A program made the translations under genes and the position numbers. A DNA stretch of 63,561 nt, counting the filler, from Octopus bimaculoides (lineage: Eukaryota): the NCBI RefSeq assembly GCF_001194135.2. It is 12 parts of 12 records of this genome, joined end to end, with 100 filler letters (N's around TTAATTAATTAA, not from the genome) between each part and the next. Parts side by side here need not be neighbours in the genome. Positions count along the whole stretch, not along the records: positions 12,150 to 28,030 come from NC_068988.1; 11 more parts are not named here. The stretch is one strand, 5' to 3'. Below the pieces are notes generated by a model, which was not told the origin of the DNA, made no database searches, and saw only the letters and a program-made list of their open reading frames with translations. Positions 13,441 through 24,200 of this stretch are shown here, one piece after another; position 1 is the first letter of the stretch, and every line of letters begins with the position of its first letter.

Positions 13441-13911
13441 CTATCTGTTTGGCTACACATTCCAAAACACCGTGTGTCTCAAAATGGCTTAAGGGCAGCA
13501 TGAAATTTTGAGGTGTTGCTTTTTTCTCATAGCAACAACCCATTTCTCATGGTTTCTTTCGCTGTCATTCTCATAAACCCCCACGAAGAAGTCGTGACTG
13601 CTCTTCATTTTCTCACTGAGGCATATAAAAAGATAAAATATTTAATATCTAGTCGATCTAAAAAGCATATCCTTGTAATGAAAACACACTTTCGACTGTC
13701 TTCTCCATTGCAAATATGGAGAAGCGTGTGGTTTCTAATCAAACTATTAATTAATTAAAAATACAAATAAAAAGTAAACAAATAAAACCATGTTAAGGTT
13801 AGCATTAATTAGCACCAATGGCATTATAAAGAAGGTTGGTAAACGTGTGCAAATTAGCTAATTCAGGTAATTATTTTTTAATTAAAAAGAGAAAGGCGAG
13901 TAGCATGGTAC

Positions 13912-14037
13912 CTGATATGTCACAATCCATCTCGTCCTCTCCTCTAGGGCAATCCGTTTCATCATCACAGACCCACTTTATTGAAATACAGGTTTTGGCG
14001 TCACACTGAAACTCATCCGCTTTGCATATATTTGTAC
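13912..14037 (-). CDS. Exon encoding an LDL-receptor class A repeat (LDLR/LRP-like or LDLa-containing protein)
   Basis: Acceptor ttcttcacgtcag|GT, donor CAG|gtacca, 126 nt, phase 1-1: (C)[41 protein letters not shown]. Six-Cys spacing and acidic Ca-binding residues are intact. Confidence 0.92.
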
Positions 14038-14149
14038 CTGACGTGAAGAAAATTAAGTTGATAATAATTATCAAAAAAACATCATTTATCAAAGAAATAC
14101 AGAAATCAATTCATTAGGAAGTAATTGCTTAAAAAATAATTTTCTTTTT

Positions 14150-14358
14150 AGCGCAGTGGTAAGAAACTTTTTACTGTGTGGTAAGAAGCTTTTTACTGTG
14201 TGGTAAGAAGCTTGCTTTCCAACCACATGGTTCCGAGTTCAGCCCCACTTTGGTTAAGTCCCTTTTACTATAATCCCAGCCCGACCAGTGCCTTGTGACT
14301 GGATTTGGAAGACAGAAACTGAAAAAAGAGCGTCGTGTGCGTACACGCGCACGCACAC

Positions 14359-14424
<66 letters not shown>

Positions 14425-15425
14425 NNNNNNNNNNNNNNNNNNNNNNNNNNNNNNNNNNNNNNNNNNNNNNNNNNNNNNNNNNNNNNNNNNNNNNNNNNNN
14501 NNNNNNNNNNNNNNNNNNNNNNNNNNNNNNNNNNNNNNNNNNNNNNNNNNNNNNNNNNNNNNNNNNNNNNNNNNNNNNNNNNNNNNNNNNNNNNNNNNNN
14601 NNNNNNNNNNNNNNNNNNNNNNNNNNNNNNNNNNNNNNNNNNNNNNNNNNNNNNNNNNNNNNNNNNNNNNNNNNNNNNNNNNNNNNNNNNNNNNNNNNNN
14701 NNNNNNNNNNNNNNNNNNNNNNNNNNNNNNNNNNNNNNNNNNNNNNNNNNNNNNNNNNNNNNNNNNNNNNNNNNNNNNNNNNNNNNNNNNNNNNNNNNNN
14801 NNNNNNNNNNNNNNNNNNNNNNNNNNNNNNNNNNNNNNNNNNNNNNNNNNNNNNNNNNNNNNNNNNNNNNNNNNNNNNNNNNNNNNNNNNNNNNNNNNNN
14901 NNNNNNNNNNNNNNNNNNNNNNNNNNNNNNNNNNNNNNNNNNNNNNNNNNNNNNNNNNNNNNNNNNNNNNNNNNNNNNNNNNNNNNNNNNNNNNNNNNNN
15001 NNNNNNNNNNNNNNNNNNNNNNNNNNNNNNNNNNNNNNNNNNNNNNNNNNNNNNNNNNNNNNNNNNNNNNNNNNNNNNNNATATATATATGTATGCAAAA
15101 ATATATATATATATGTACATATATATGTAAAGATGGTGCACCAGCATGACCGCAGCCACTTGGCTGAAACACATAAATAAATAAATAAATATGTATATAT
15201 ATATATGTATGCATATATATGTATGTATATATATGTATGCATAAATATGTATGCATATATATATGTATATATATATGTATGTATGTATATATATATGCAT
15301 ATATGTATATGTGTATGTGTGTATGTATGTATGTATGTATGTATGTATGTATATATATACGTGTGTATGTGTGCGCGCGCCTTTGCGTTTCTCCCCATCA
15401 CTGCTTGGCAACCGGTTGCTAGTAA
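14150..15425 (+). mobile_element. SINE family A, diverged and gapped, with expanded internal microsatellite
   Basis: Head tgtgtggtaagaagcttgctttccaaccacatggttccgagttcag (21-bp tandem duplication at start) to gagcgtcg-(CA)n-gap; 3' pieces at 15130-15180 and 15385-15425. Confidence 0.75.
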
Positions 15426-15432
15426 TGATAAC

Positions 15433-16290
15433 AATCCTTTCTGCTGTAGGCACAAGACCTGAAATTTTGAAGGAGAGGGCTACTCGATTACACTGATCCC
15501 CAATACGCAACTGGTATTTATTTTATCGACCCAAAAGGGATGAAAGGCTAAGTTGACCTCGGCGTGATTTGAACTCAACGTAAAGCGAGAAGAAATGCCG
15601 CAAAGCATTCTGTCCTGCGTGGTAGCGATTCTGCCAGCTCTTCATCTTGATAATCCTTACTAATCGTGACACAAGGCCAGTTATTTTGAAGGGAGGGGCA
15701 AGTTGAGTACAATGATTCTAGTGCTCTTTTAGTACTTATTTTATCGACCTCGAAAAGATGAAAGGTAAAGTCAAATCCGGCGGAATTTTGCTCGGTGCAG
15801 TAAAAATTCTGCCAGCTCGCCGCCTAATTATAGTCCTTTCTGCTATAGGCACACGGTCTGAAATCTTAGAGGAGGGGGGCTAGCCATTTTCATGGATTAC
15901 AGTACTTGACTATTACCTATTTTATCGACTCCGAAAGAGTGAAAACAAAATCGTCCTCGCCAGCGTTTTAACCCAGAACGAAAAGAAGGAAGAAATGGTG
16001 GTAAGCATTACTATGCGCAACATGCTAACGATTCTGTCAGTTCGCCGCCTTAATAATGGTTTAGAATTTTGACACAAGACCAACCACAAGACCAGGGATG
16101 AAGTAAATCGATAACATCGATCTCAGAGTTGAACTGGTCCTTTTTTTTATCGACCCCAAAATTATGAAAGGCAAAGTCAACCCCGCCAGCATTTGAACTT
16201 AGAATGTTAAGAAGGACGAAATGGTGCTAAGCATTTTTCCAGGTGTGCTAACGATTCTGATAGCTCGCTGCGTTACGCCCCCTTAATAAT
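15433..16290 (-). mobile_element. Head-to-tail array of four diverged SINE family B copies (Nin/Deu-domain type)
   Basis: Units at about 15433-15650, 15652-15832, 15833-16055 and 16056-16290, each with ttttatcgacc..gaaagg..gattctg.cag.tc. Confidence 0.9.
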
Positions 16291-16649
16291 ATCAGTTTTT
16301 AGTGATATCTGTCCACTTGAGCGTAATGTACGTGATAAAATTAATAACCGATTGACATGATATATGAAATAAAAAAATATGTCAGCTCAATCAGTGCTGG
16401 TTCAATGCTACATGACAATAACAACTACAGGAATAACACCTACAGGGCAGCGGAAAAAATATATATAGCTGTTTTTAGCTGCGTCTATTTACACGCAGAG
16501 TTAGATTCCTGTTATAGGCAGTTTTTTTTCTTTTCCCCTCCGTTTGATCGATAAATGAAGTTCTACCTAGTTACTACAGTCAATCAAGCAATGATGAGAT
16601 TATACCCCACTCTCTCGGCCAAAATTGCGGTTTTGTGCCTATAAATATG

Positions 16650-16870
16650 AAGGCGGCGAGCTGGCAGAAACGTTAGCACGCCGGGCGAAATGCTTAGCGG
16701 TATTTCGTCCGCCGTTACGTTCTGAGTTCAAATTCCGCCGAGGTCGATTTTACCTTTCATCCCTTCGGGGTCGATTAAATAAGTACCAGTTATGCACTGG
16801 GGTCGATCTAATCGACTTAACCTCTTTGTCCTTCTTTGTCCCCTCTATGTTTAGCCCCCTTTGGGCAATA
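16650..16870 (+). mobile_element. SINE family B, tail type 1
   Basis: ggcggcgagctggcagaaacgttagc..gagttcaaattcc (B box)..cctttcatcccttcggggtcgattaaataagtacc..ccctttgggcaata. Confidence 0.92.
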
Positions 16871-16902
16871 GAGTTATAAATATATCTGTACGGTTAAGAC
16901 AT

Positions 16903-17075
16903 ATAGCAAATATTCTGCTCAATACCACATATTTACTTGTCAGTTGCTTGACTTTATCACTTGAACATGTTCCTTAGTGGCTGGCAATACATTTGCATCT
17001 CTGATCATAAGCATGAGTAGTGGCGGTAAGCATTATATCCATGTGTTGAGAGGGATTCTTTGGGGTTTGAATAAA
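16903..17075 (+). mobile_element. Fragment of the 5781-6336 repeat
   Basis: gcaaatattctgctcaataccaca..catgtgttgagagggattctttggggtttgaata matches the reverse complement of about 6065-6235. Confidence 0.8.
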
Positions 17076-17207
17076 CATAGCAAAAGCAAAATTTGAAGGA
17101 AATATTAGCCATTTTTCGTACTTTCTAAGAGACAAAAATCGTGTTACACAGTGCAATTCCTGGCTTCATTCGTATGTGAGAAGGAAAGATAATGTTATGT
17201 ACATATA

Positions 17208-17217
17208 CCGGGTGCAG

Positions 17218-17282
<65 letters not shown>

Positions 17283-17765
17283 ATCTTTTATTGAAGCATA
17301 AATTGAAACATTCTTATTCACAAAAATAGGTGCAAATGATGTATAAAGATCCTTAAGATTCTTTTATTTTATTGTGAACCCCTAACCCTTAAACGGTGGG
17401 AAAGGGTTGCATGAATATATATGCTAAACGAGCAAAATATTCTTTCCTTCAGGGTAATTTTTATACTTGTTTTTACTTTCTAAAAGTACAAAAACTATAA
17501 TAATTGTTTGTCTCTCGTATAATAAAAATTACAATCCCATTATCGAAAAAGTGCCATAAAATATTCACTTTCCTTTGCATCCGGTGTGAGCATAAATTCA
17601 TTTTAGATTTCCGCATTGTACAAATGTGCATCGCTTAATGATGTCCGCCGTTTAAGAGTTAATTAAAAATGGCAGCTCAAACAAAACGTGAACACATTGT
17701 GACATTAAAAATGGCTGGTATAAAGAATTATGAGGTGATGAAACAGTTGAGAAAAGATTAAGGGC
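17208..17765 (+). mobile_element. Tc1-like transposon 5' end remnant
   Basis: TA|ccgggtgcagca terminus; ATG at 17669 opens MAAQTKREHIVTLKMAGIKNYEVMKQL, resembling a Tc1 paired-like N-terminus. Confidence 0.45.
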
Positions 17766-17818
17766 AATGGTGAAAGCAAAGGCTGGACATTTTGAATTGT
17801 AAATATATGTAAAATATT

Positions 17819-18031
17819 TATTGCCCACAAGGGGTCAAACGTAGAAGGGACAATCAATGACAAAGGGATTAAGTCGATTACATCGGCTCTAAGGTACTTA
17901 TTTAATCTACCCCGAAAGGTTGAAAGGCAAAGTTGACCTCGGCGGTATTTGAACTCAGAACGTAACGGCAGACGAAATACCGCTAAGCATTTCGCCCGGC
18001 GTGCTAACGATTCTGCCAGCTCGCCGCCTTG
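17819..18031 (-). mobile_element. SINE family B, full length, tail type 1
   Basis: Reverse complement of the 16650 copy; flanked by atatatgtaaaatatt at 17803-17818 and 18032-18047. Confidence 0.92.
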
Positions 18032-18047
18032 ATATATGTAAAATATT

Positions 18048-18167
18048 CTTTCCTACTCTAGGCACAAGGCCCGAAACTTTTGGGGAGGGGTCCAGTCAAT
18101 TAGCTCGACCCCAGTACTTAATTTATCGACCCCCGAAACGAGGAAAAGCAAAGTCGACCTCGGCGGA
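18048..18167 (-). mobile_element. SINE family B, 5'-truncated, tail type 2
   Basis: cttcctactctaggcacaaggcccgaaac..ttatcgacccc..gtcgacctcggcgga; flanked by the same 16-mer at 18032-18047 and 18168-18183. Confidence 0.9.
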
Positions 18168-18299
18168 ATATATGTAAAATATTGTTAATAAACATAGTAG
18201 TCAACCTGTAGACTTTCATTGACCAAAATCTGAAACTTTTTATTTTATAATAAAATGAATAATCGGTAAATACATATGCCATACTCGGTAGGAAGTGAA

Positions 18300-18625
18300 G
18301 GGGCCTCGCTTAATGGTTAGGGGTAATCGGCTCACGATTGTAAGGTTGTGAGTTCGAAAAGCGGCGATGCGTTGTATCCTTGAACAAGACACTTTATTTC
18401 ACGTTGCTCCAGTTCACTCAGCTGACAAAAATGAGTAGTACCTGTAATTCAAAGGGCCAGCCTTGTCACACTCTGTGTCGCGCTGAATCTCCCTGGGAAC
18501 TACGTTTAAGGTACACGTGACTGTGGAGTGCTCAGTCACTTGCACATGAAAATTCACGAGCAGGCTATTTCTGTTGATCGGATCAATTGGAACCTTTATC
18601 GTCGTGACTGGTGGAGTGTCAGTAC
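18300..18625 (+). mobile_element. tRNA-derived SINE family C
   Basis: taatggttagggg..gtgagttcga..gttgtatccttgaacaagacactttatttcacgttgctccagttcactcagctg..gatcggatcaattggaacc. Confidence 0.85.
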
Positions 18626-18769
18626 TCGGTAGGAATACTTAGAATTAAGATGACGAAGAAATTCGAGACTGTTTGTTTTTAAGCGGACTTAAGTGGCTAA
18701 ATTAATTACCGCGTACTTGGTAATTAATAAGAAGTAATACAAATAAACAATTGTAACGGTAATACATAC

Positions 18770-18886
18770 AGTTTTGTTCGTCCCTTCCATCGTAACAGTC
18801 TTTCTGGCGATCACATAACCATTCAGGAGATATGCATTTACCATCGCCGCACGAAAAATTTGAACCATTGCACTCATCATTCGCTG
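18770..18886 (-). CDS. Exon encoding an LDL-receptor class A repeat (upstream partner of 13912-14037)
   Basis: Acceptor tttttattcttttcag|CA, donor AACT|gtatgt, 117 nt, phase 1-1: [38 protein letters not shown]. The last T plus GT of the next exon gives the sixth Cys. Confidence 0.92.
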
Positions 18887-19409
18887 CTGAAAAGAATAAA
18901 AACAGGAATAATATTATTATATTTAAATAAACATAAAAATGAAAGAAATACAGAAATGGTAACGATCCACTATATATTCATAGAGTAGTTAAGGTCGTGT
19001 AATAATGAATTTATTTATGAGGATGAGAGAGAAAGAGAGAGAGAGAGAGACTGTGTTGTATTGTAACCGCATAGCTTCGAGTATGATTTGGTCGAGCAGA
19101 GTCACATCTTGAGCAAGCGTCTTTAACATTACCCTTATATTGATCTATATCTAATGAAAGTGATTTGGTAAAAACTCATACATGTTCGCGTGCAGGTGAG
19201 TATCACTGGTCGATGTATAGTGGCAAAAAATGTTAGCATTGGTAAGGAAAGCCACCGCCTCCACACACGAAATATTTCGAACAAAGATACCTTATATAGC
19301 AATTGCTCCGCCTTATTAAATGTCCCTCTCTCATCACTCCCATAGTCAGAAATTCAATCAACCAGACACTGGGCCTTTGACTTAGCTCAGACTTACCAAA
19401 TAAGCTAAT

Positions 19410-19590
19410 AATCTGTTCTACAAAAAGGCACAACGTCCGAAATTTTGGGAGAGGGGACTAGTCGATTACATCGACATCAGTGTTTCAATGGTACTTAATT
19501 TATCGACCTCGAAAGGAGGAAAGGCAAAGGTCAATCTGGGCGGAATGGGAACTAAGAACGCAAATATGGACAAAATGCTGCCAGGGTTGG
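19410..19590 (-). mobile_element. SINE family B, diverged
   Basis: ggcacaacgtccgaaattttggg..ggtacttaatttatcgacctcgaaagg. Confidence 0.8.
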
Positions 19591-21481
19591 TCAAGTGATG
19601 TAGACACCTCTGAAAGGCTGTTCGTCATATTTTTCAGTGTGGAGGTTTAGTTAAATTCACCATGTTTGTACAATATATATATATATATATTCATACATGT
19701 ATATTGTATTAAGAGTTGGTGAAATAGGTATTTAGGCTTTGTATCATTCACGTTTCTCAAAAAGATATTGGTAATTTAAATAGTTAAGAACGTCGTGAAG
19801 GGAATTACCTACGTATTACAAAAAAGAGAAAACATCAATTATGTAAGTAGTAACTACTTTAAGACATAAGTGAGAAGATCTAGAAGCAGCAGAGATATAA
19901 TTGAAATTAATCGCGTCTTCTATTCAGACATATCTCAGACTATGGTGTCTAACATCCTTCAGTTTCTTTTTATCTTTGATACACTAAAGTGTGATCTACC
20001 GCACGATTGGCTCAAATCGTTTTATTATTATTTTTTTTCTGTTATGAAGTAACATATGTCTTTATGTTATTTCATAATGTTCTTTCGGTTGTTATGGAGC
20101 AACAATGCTTAAAGCCGTTGTTAGCAAGAAAGTAATTACTTTGTTAACGAACATAAAAATCAGAGAACTATATATAATACTGCTTTGGTGGCTATTGCTT
20201 CTCATTTGTCACATCGTTGTTGTTCATTAACGTGAAAAAGAAACATTAATCTCATCAGCGGTCACCGAAACCACCGAATCACCACCACCGAAACCACCGA
20301 AACCAACACCACCACTGCCNNNNNNNNNNNNNNNNNNNNNNNNNNNNNNNNNNNNNNNNNNNNNNNNNNNNNNNNNNNNNNNNNNNNNNNNNNNNNNNNN
20401 NNNNNNNNNNNNNNNNNNNNNNNNNNNNNNNNNNNNNNNNNNNNNNNNNNNNNNNNNNNNNNNNNNNNNNNNNNNNNNNNNNNNNNNNNNNNNNNNNNNN
20501 NNNNNNNNNNNNNNNNNNNNNNNNNNNNNNNNNNNNNNNNNNNNNNNNNNNNNNNNNNNNNNNNNNNNNNNNNNNNNNNNNNNNNNNNNNNNNNNNNNNN
20601 NNNNNNNNNNNNNNNNNNNNNNNNNNNNNNNNNNNNNNNNNNNNNNNNNNNNNNNNNNNNNNNNNNNNNNNNNNNNNNNNNNNNNNNNNNNNNNNNNNNN
20701 NNNNNNNNNNNNNNNNNNNNNNNNNNNNNNNNNNNNNNNNNNNNNNNNNNNNNNNNNNNNNNNNNNNNNNNNNNNNNNNNNNNNNNNNNNNNNNNNNNNN
20801 NNNNNNNNNNNNNNNNNNNNNNNNNNNNNNNNNNNNNNNNNNNNNNNNNNNNNNNNNNNNNNNNNNNNNNNNNNNNNNNNNNNNNNNNNNNNNNNNNNNN
20901 NATATGTTTAATTATATGTATTTCTTCTATCTTAATGAATAAAAATTCTTCGGATAGAATAAATGTGGTGTAGTTCCTGTTTTTAAGGCAGGAACTCCTT
21001 GAAATTTTGGGTATTTGAGTATATTTAAAAATTTAAGGAATGGAGAAAACGCATGTTATAATTGCATACTTTATTCCTACATATATTTCAAAGGATTACA
21101 ACCTATGTGATCCATAGGGATCTGTGATATTAAAATTGTAACCTTCTCTTCAGGGAATGCATGGGAATCATCGTAATTCAGGCCAGTCAGTACATAACAA
21201 GGATCTTTGTGTTTGAGTGAAAGCAGTTCCTGGAATTTGTAGATATACGAATGAGTTACTATATGCATATATGTAGGTGTATGTGTGAATAAATTTGAAC
21301 TCGTATAATGGGTTTCCGTGTCACTTTAGTACGCAAGTATGTGTGTTTTATTACGTATATGCATCTGCATATCATATGTGCATGCATTTGTGTGCATACC
21401 GTTATTCAAGAAAACTCAAATGGAGAAACTCTGGAGTGTGCTGTAAATTTTCACTCTGTTACTAAACGATTGCATTTAGAG

Positions 21482-21731
21482 TAATGGTTCCTAATGTGAG
21501 CAGTACTGCCTCCCCCACCCCACCCTGGGAAGATCCAGGAAAGCGTTGAAGGAAAGTGGAATAATGATGGTGGGGCCAAAAGGAGGCAATGGATGTAAGA
21601 AAACAACAATAATGGGTTAATTAGGTTCAGTTTCTATGTTTTTGGTGGTGGTAGTGAGCAGGAGAAGGGGCGCTATGAAAGTGGCCTAGGTGCCAAGAGG
21701 GTAGCAGCCCGAAAATGTTTAGGAACCACCG
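21482..21731. mobile_element. hAT-type MITE, 250 bp, with 8-bp TSD
   Basis: Imperfect TIRs taatggttcctaa / ttaggaaccaccg; identical atttagag at 21474-21481 and 21732-21739. Confidence 0.85.
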
Positions 21732-21854
21732 ATTTAGAGAATGCAAGTTAGTTTGCTGCGTTCCTTTTTTTTGAAGCAACTCTTGTATTTCTAGACTTTT
21801 ATGTAAATCCGTTTTTAAGCAGTCCAGTACACCTTTGATAACATGAAGAAAATG

Positions 21855-22290
21855 AGGCGGCGAGCTGGCAGAAACGTTAGTACACCGGGCGAAATGCTTA
21901 GCAGTATTTCGTCTGCGGTTACGTTCTGAGTTCAAATTCCGCCGAGGTCGACTTTGCCTTTCATCCTTTCGGGGTTGATAAATTAAGTACCAGTTACGCA
22001 CTGGGGTCGAAGTAATCAACTTAATCCCTTTGTCTGTCCTTGTTTGTCCCCTCTATGTTTAGCCCCTTGTGGGCAATAAAGAAATAAGAAGCGTTAGTAC
22101 GTTGAGCGAAATGCTTAGCGCTATTTTGTCTATCTTTACTTTCTGAGTTCAAATTCTGCCGAGGTCGACTTTGCTTTTCATCATTTCGGGGTCGATAAAT
22201 TAAGTACCAGTTGCGTACTGGAGACGATCTAATCGACTGCTCCCTTCCCCGAACATTTCGGGCCTTGTGCCTAGAGTAGAAAGGAATATG
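21855..22290 (+). mobile_element. Two tandem SINE family B copies (tail 1, then tail 2)
   Basis: 21855-22085 ends ccccttgtgggcaataaag; 22088-22290 ends gggccttgtgcctagagtagaaagg. Confidence 0.92.
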
Positions 22291-22389
22291 GACAAAATGA
22301 AAATCTATAATCTGTATATGAGGGCCATTGGTTTCTCATTTGTTCGCTATTAACGTTCTCTTTTTTTCATGTACGCATGATTCTTTTTT

Positions 22390-22640
22390 GAGTTTTATTT
22401 AAGTTCTTCTTGAGAGAGTTCATGCCGGTTGCTAATAGAGCGACAAGACTTTTTGGGTTAAGAGAGTTCCTGGTGTTTGCAAACATGGGGCTGAGTTGGT
22501 ATGTTGGTTGAGCTGTCGATGCATGCACCCAAGTAAGTGCACCTATTCTCATAAGAATCTCAGATGGAGAATTTTTGCAATGTCTTGCAAATCTTCACTG
22601 TGCCACTAATAGATTGGATTTGGAGAATTCGAGTCAGTTT
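22390..22640 (-). mobile_element. Probable 3' end of an RLE-type LINE abutting (TACA)n
   Basis: Minus frame LQIQSISGTVKICKTLQKFSI* resembles the terminal helix of RLE-type ORFs (compare IQKIALLGTAHILRKTL), followed by non-coding sequence. Confidence 0.4.
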
Positions 22641-23974
22641 GTATGTATGTATGTATGTATGTATGTATGTATGTATGTATGTATGTATCTTTTACATGCA
22701 TACATATACCTAGCTATCTACCTGTCTGTCAGTCTCCATCCCTCTTTTTTTCTGTGTCTGTCTGTGATAAAATGCATGCACTCCAACCGCAGCTATGGTA
22801 CAGTATATCTAGTACCTCATTCTCCAAATGTATCCGCCCATTTTTTTTTGTAAGCCTATAAGGTGTATATGAGGGAAGTTTAACCCCTATTTCTAGCACA
22901 TACAACACCTACGAAAAGTATCATCTTTGGCCTTATCGAAATAATTTCTCAATGCAAACTATTTTATGTATTGTATAATGCTTTTGTGTTTCATATATTA
23001 CAGTCATAGTAACTGTTCCATGGTAACCGTTCCACAGTATTAAGAAATCCTTTTATGACATCCTCTCTTGGCTTTCAGATTTTATCTTCTTATCTGTTAG
23101 GATTTTGTAGCTTTAAGTTTCCTGATTTAATAAATCAATAATTTTTGTTCTGACTACAGAAAAGCTAATTATTTCAAATGTGTGCAAAAGTCGATTATAC
23201 CGATCCTTGTACTTATTCTTTTTCTTTCTTTTTAACGAATAAATAATTATCTTATCTACTTCAGAAGGATGGAAGGCAAAGTATTCTTGAACGAGATGAG
23301 GAATACACGATATAAAGGGACGTAACCATATCTCCCAAGCTATTTTATTCGACGCTCCACTATTTATACAAAGGAGTATTTCATAACCTTATCTGTTGTA
23401 ACGTTACTACCTTCCGCCATGTAATATATAATAATGGTTTTCACTGTACAAGAAAGCTATATCTTTTAAAACAAGTGATAGAGTCTACAGATTCGACTGC
23501 CATACATTAATGGACGTTAGTCAAATCAACGATGGAAAGGTTTATTACTCGAGACAATGCAAATTTAAATTAATTTTCTTTTTAATGAATTATTCTGATT
23601 TGACACAAACACATAACTACGATGTTCGTAGCATTAGAGATGTTATATATTTAGCAGAGCTAACGTCTTTCCCTACTCTAATCACCAAACTAGCTCTTAA
23701 CAATAATTTCATCTATTGGCACTGAACCAGTATTGTGTTGAGTCGAGGTTATATAACTAAGTGAACATTCTTTTACTCTTTTATTGATCTCAGTCATTGA
23801 ACTGCGACTGCGTTGGGACACTATCTTCAGTGCTTAAGCTCAGCTATATCAAATCCAGGACTTCGACATTTATTTTATCGACCCTAACTTAGCCGACCTA
23901 CACAGGATTTGAATTGAGAATGGAATAAAACGTAACTAAATTCCCCAATGCATTTATTTCCAACGAACAATGAA

Positions 23975-24200
23975 TATACGAGGGGGCGCTGAAAAGCACC
24001 TGACTTTAAGGGGCTTTTCATTGCTTGAAAACCGGTGTGGTTTGTTTTCATGCTCGTCACTTAGTGGTTCGGTAAAAATAACGACAGAATAAGTACCAGG
24101 CTTGAAAACGATAAGTACTGCAGCCAGTTTGTTCGACTAAACTCTTCAAGCGGTGCCTCACCATATCCATAGTCCAATGACGAAAACAAATAAAAAATAT
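23975..24200 (+). mobile_element. Mariner-type TIR stub followed by the 3' half of SINE family A
   Basis: tacgagggggcgctgaaaag terminus; then ttagtggttcgg..gaataagtaccaggc..gttcgactaa. Confidence 0.6.

Noticed and set aside
13490-13615. Next-exon candidate 296 nt below the LDLa donor
   Set aside because: The acceptor is plausible but gives only VRK-stop. Possible for a short secreted isoform, but unsupported.
15433-16290. CRISPR-like or satellite reading of the periodic array
   Set aside because: Units are about 180-235 bp diverged SINEs with no short repeat-spacer structure, and there are no cas genes in this eukaryotic context.
21077-21229. Upstream exon candidate (ELLSLKHKDPC..)
   Set aside because: Only weak donors are available and no motif is recognisable.
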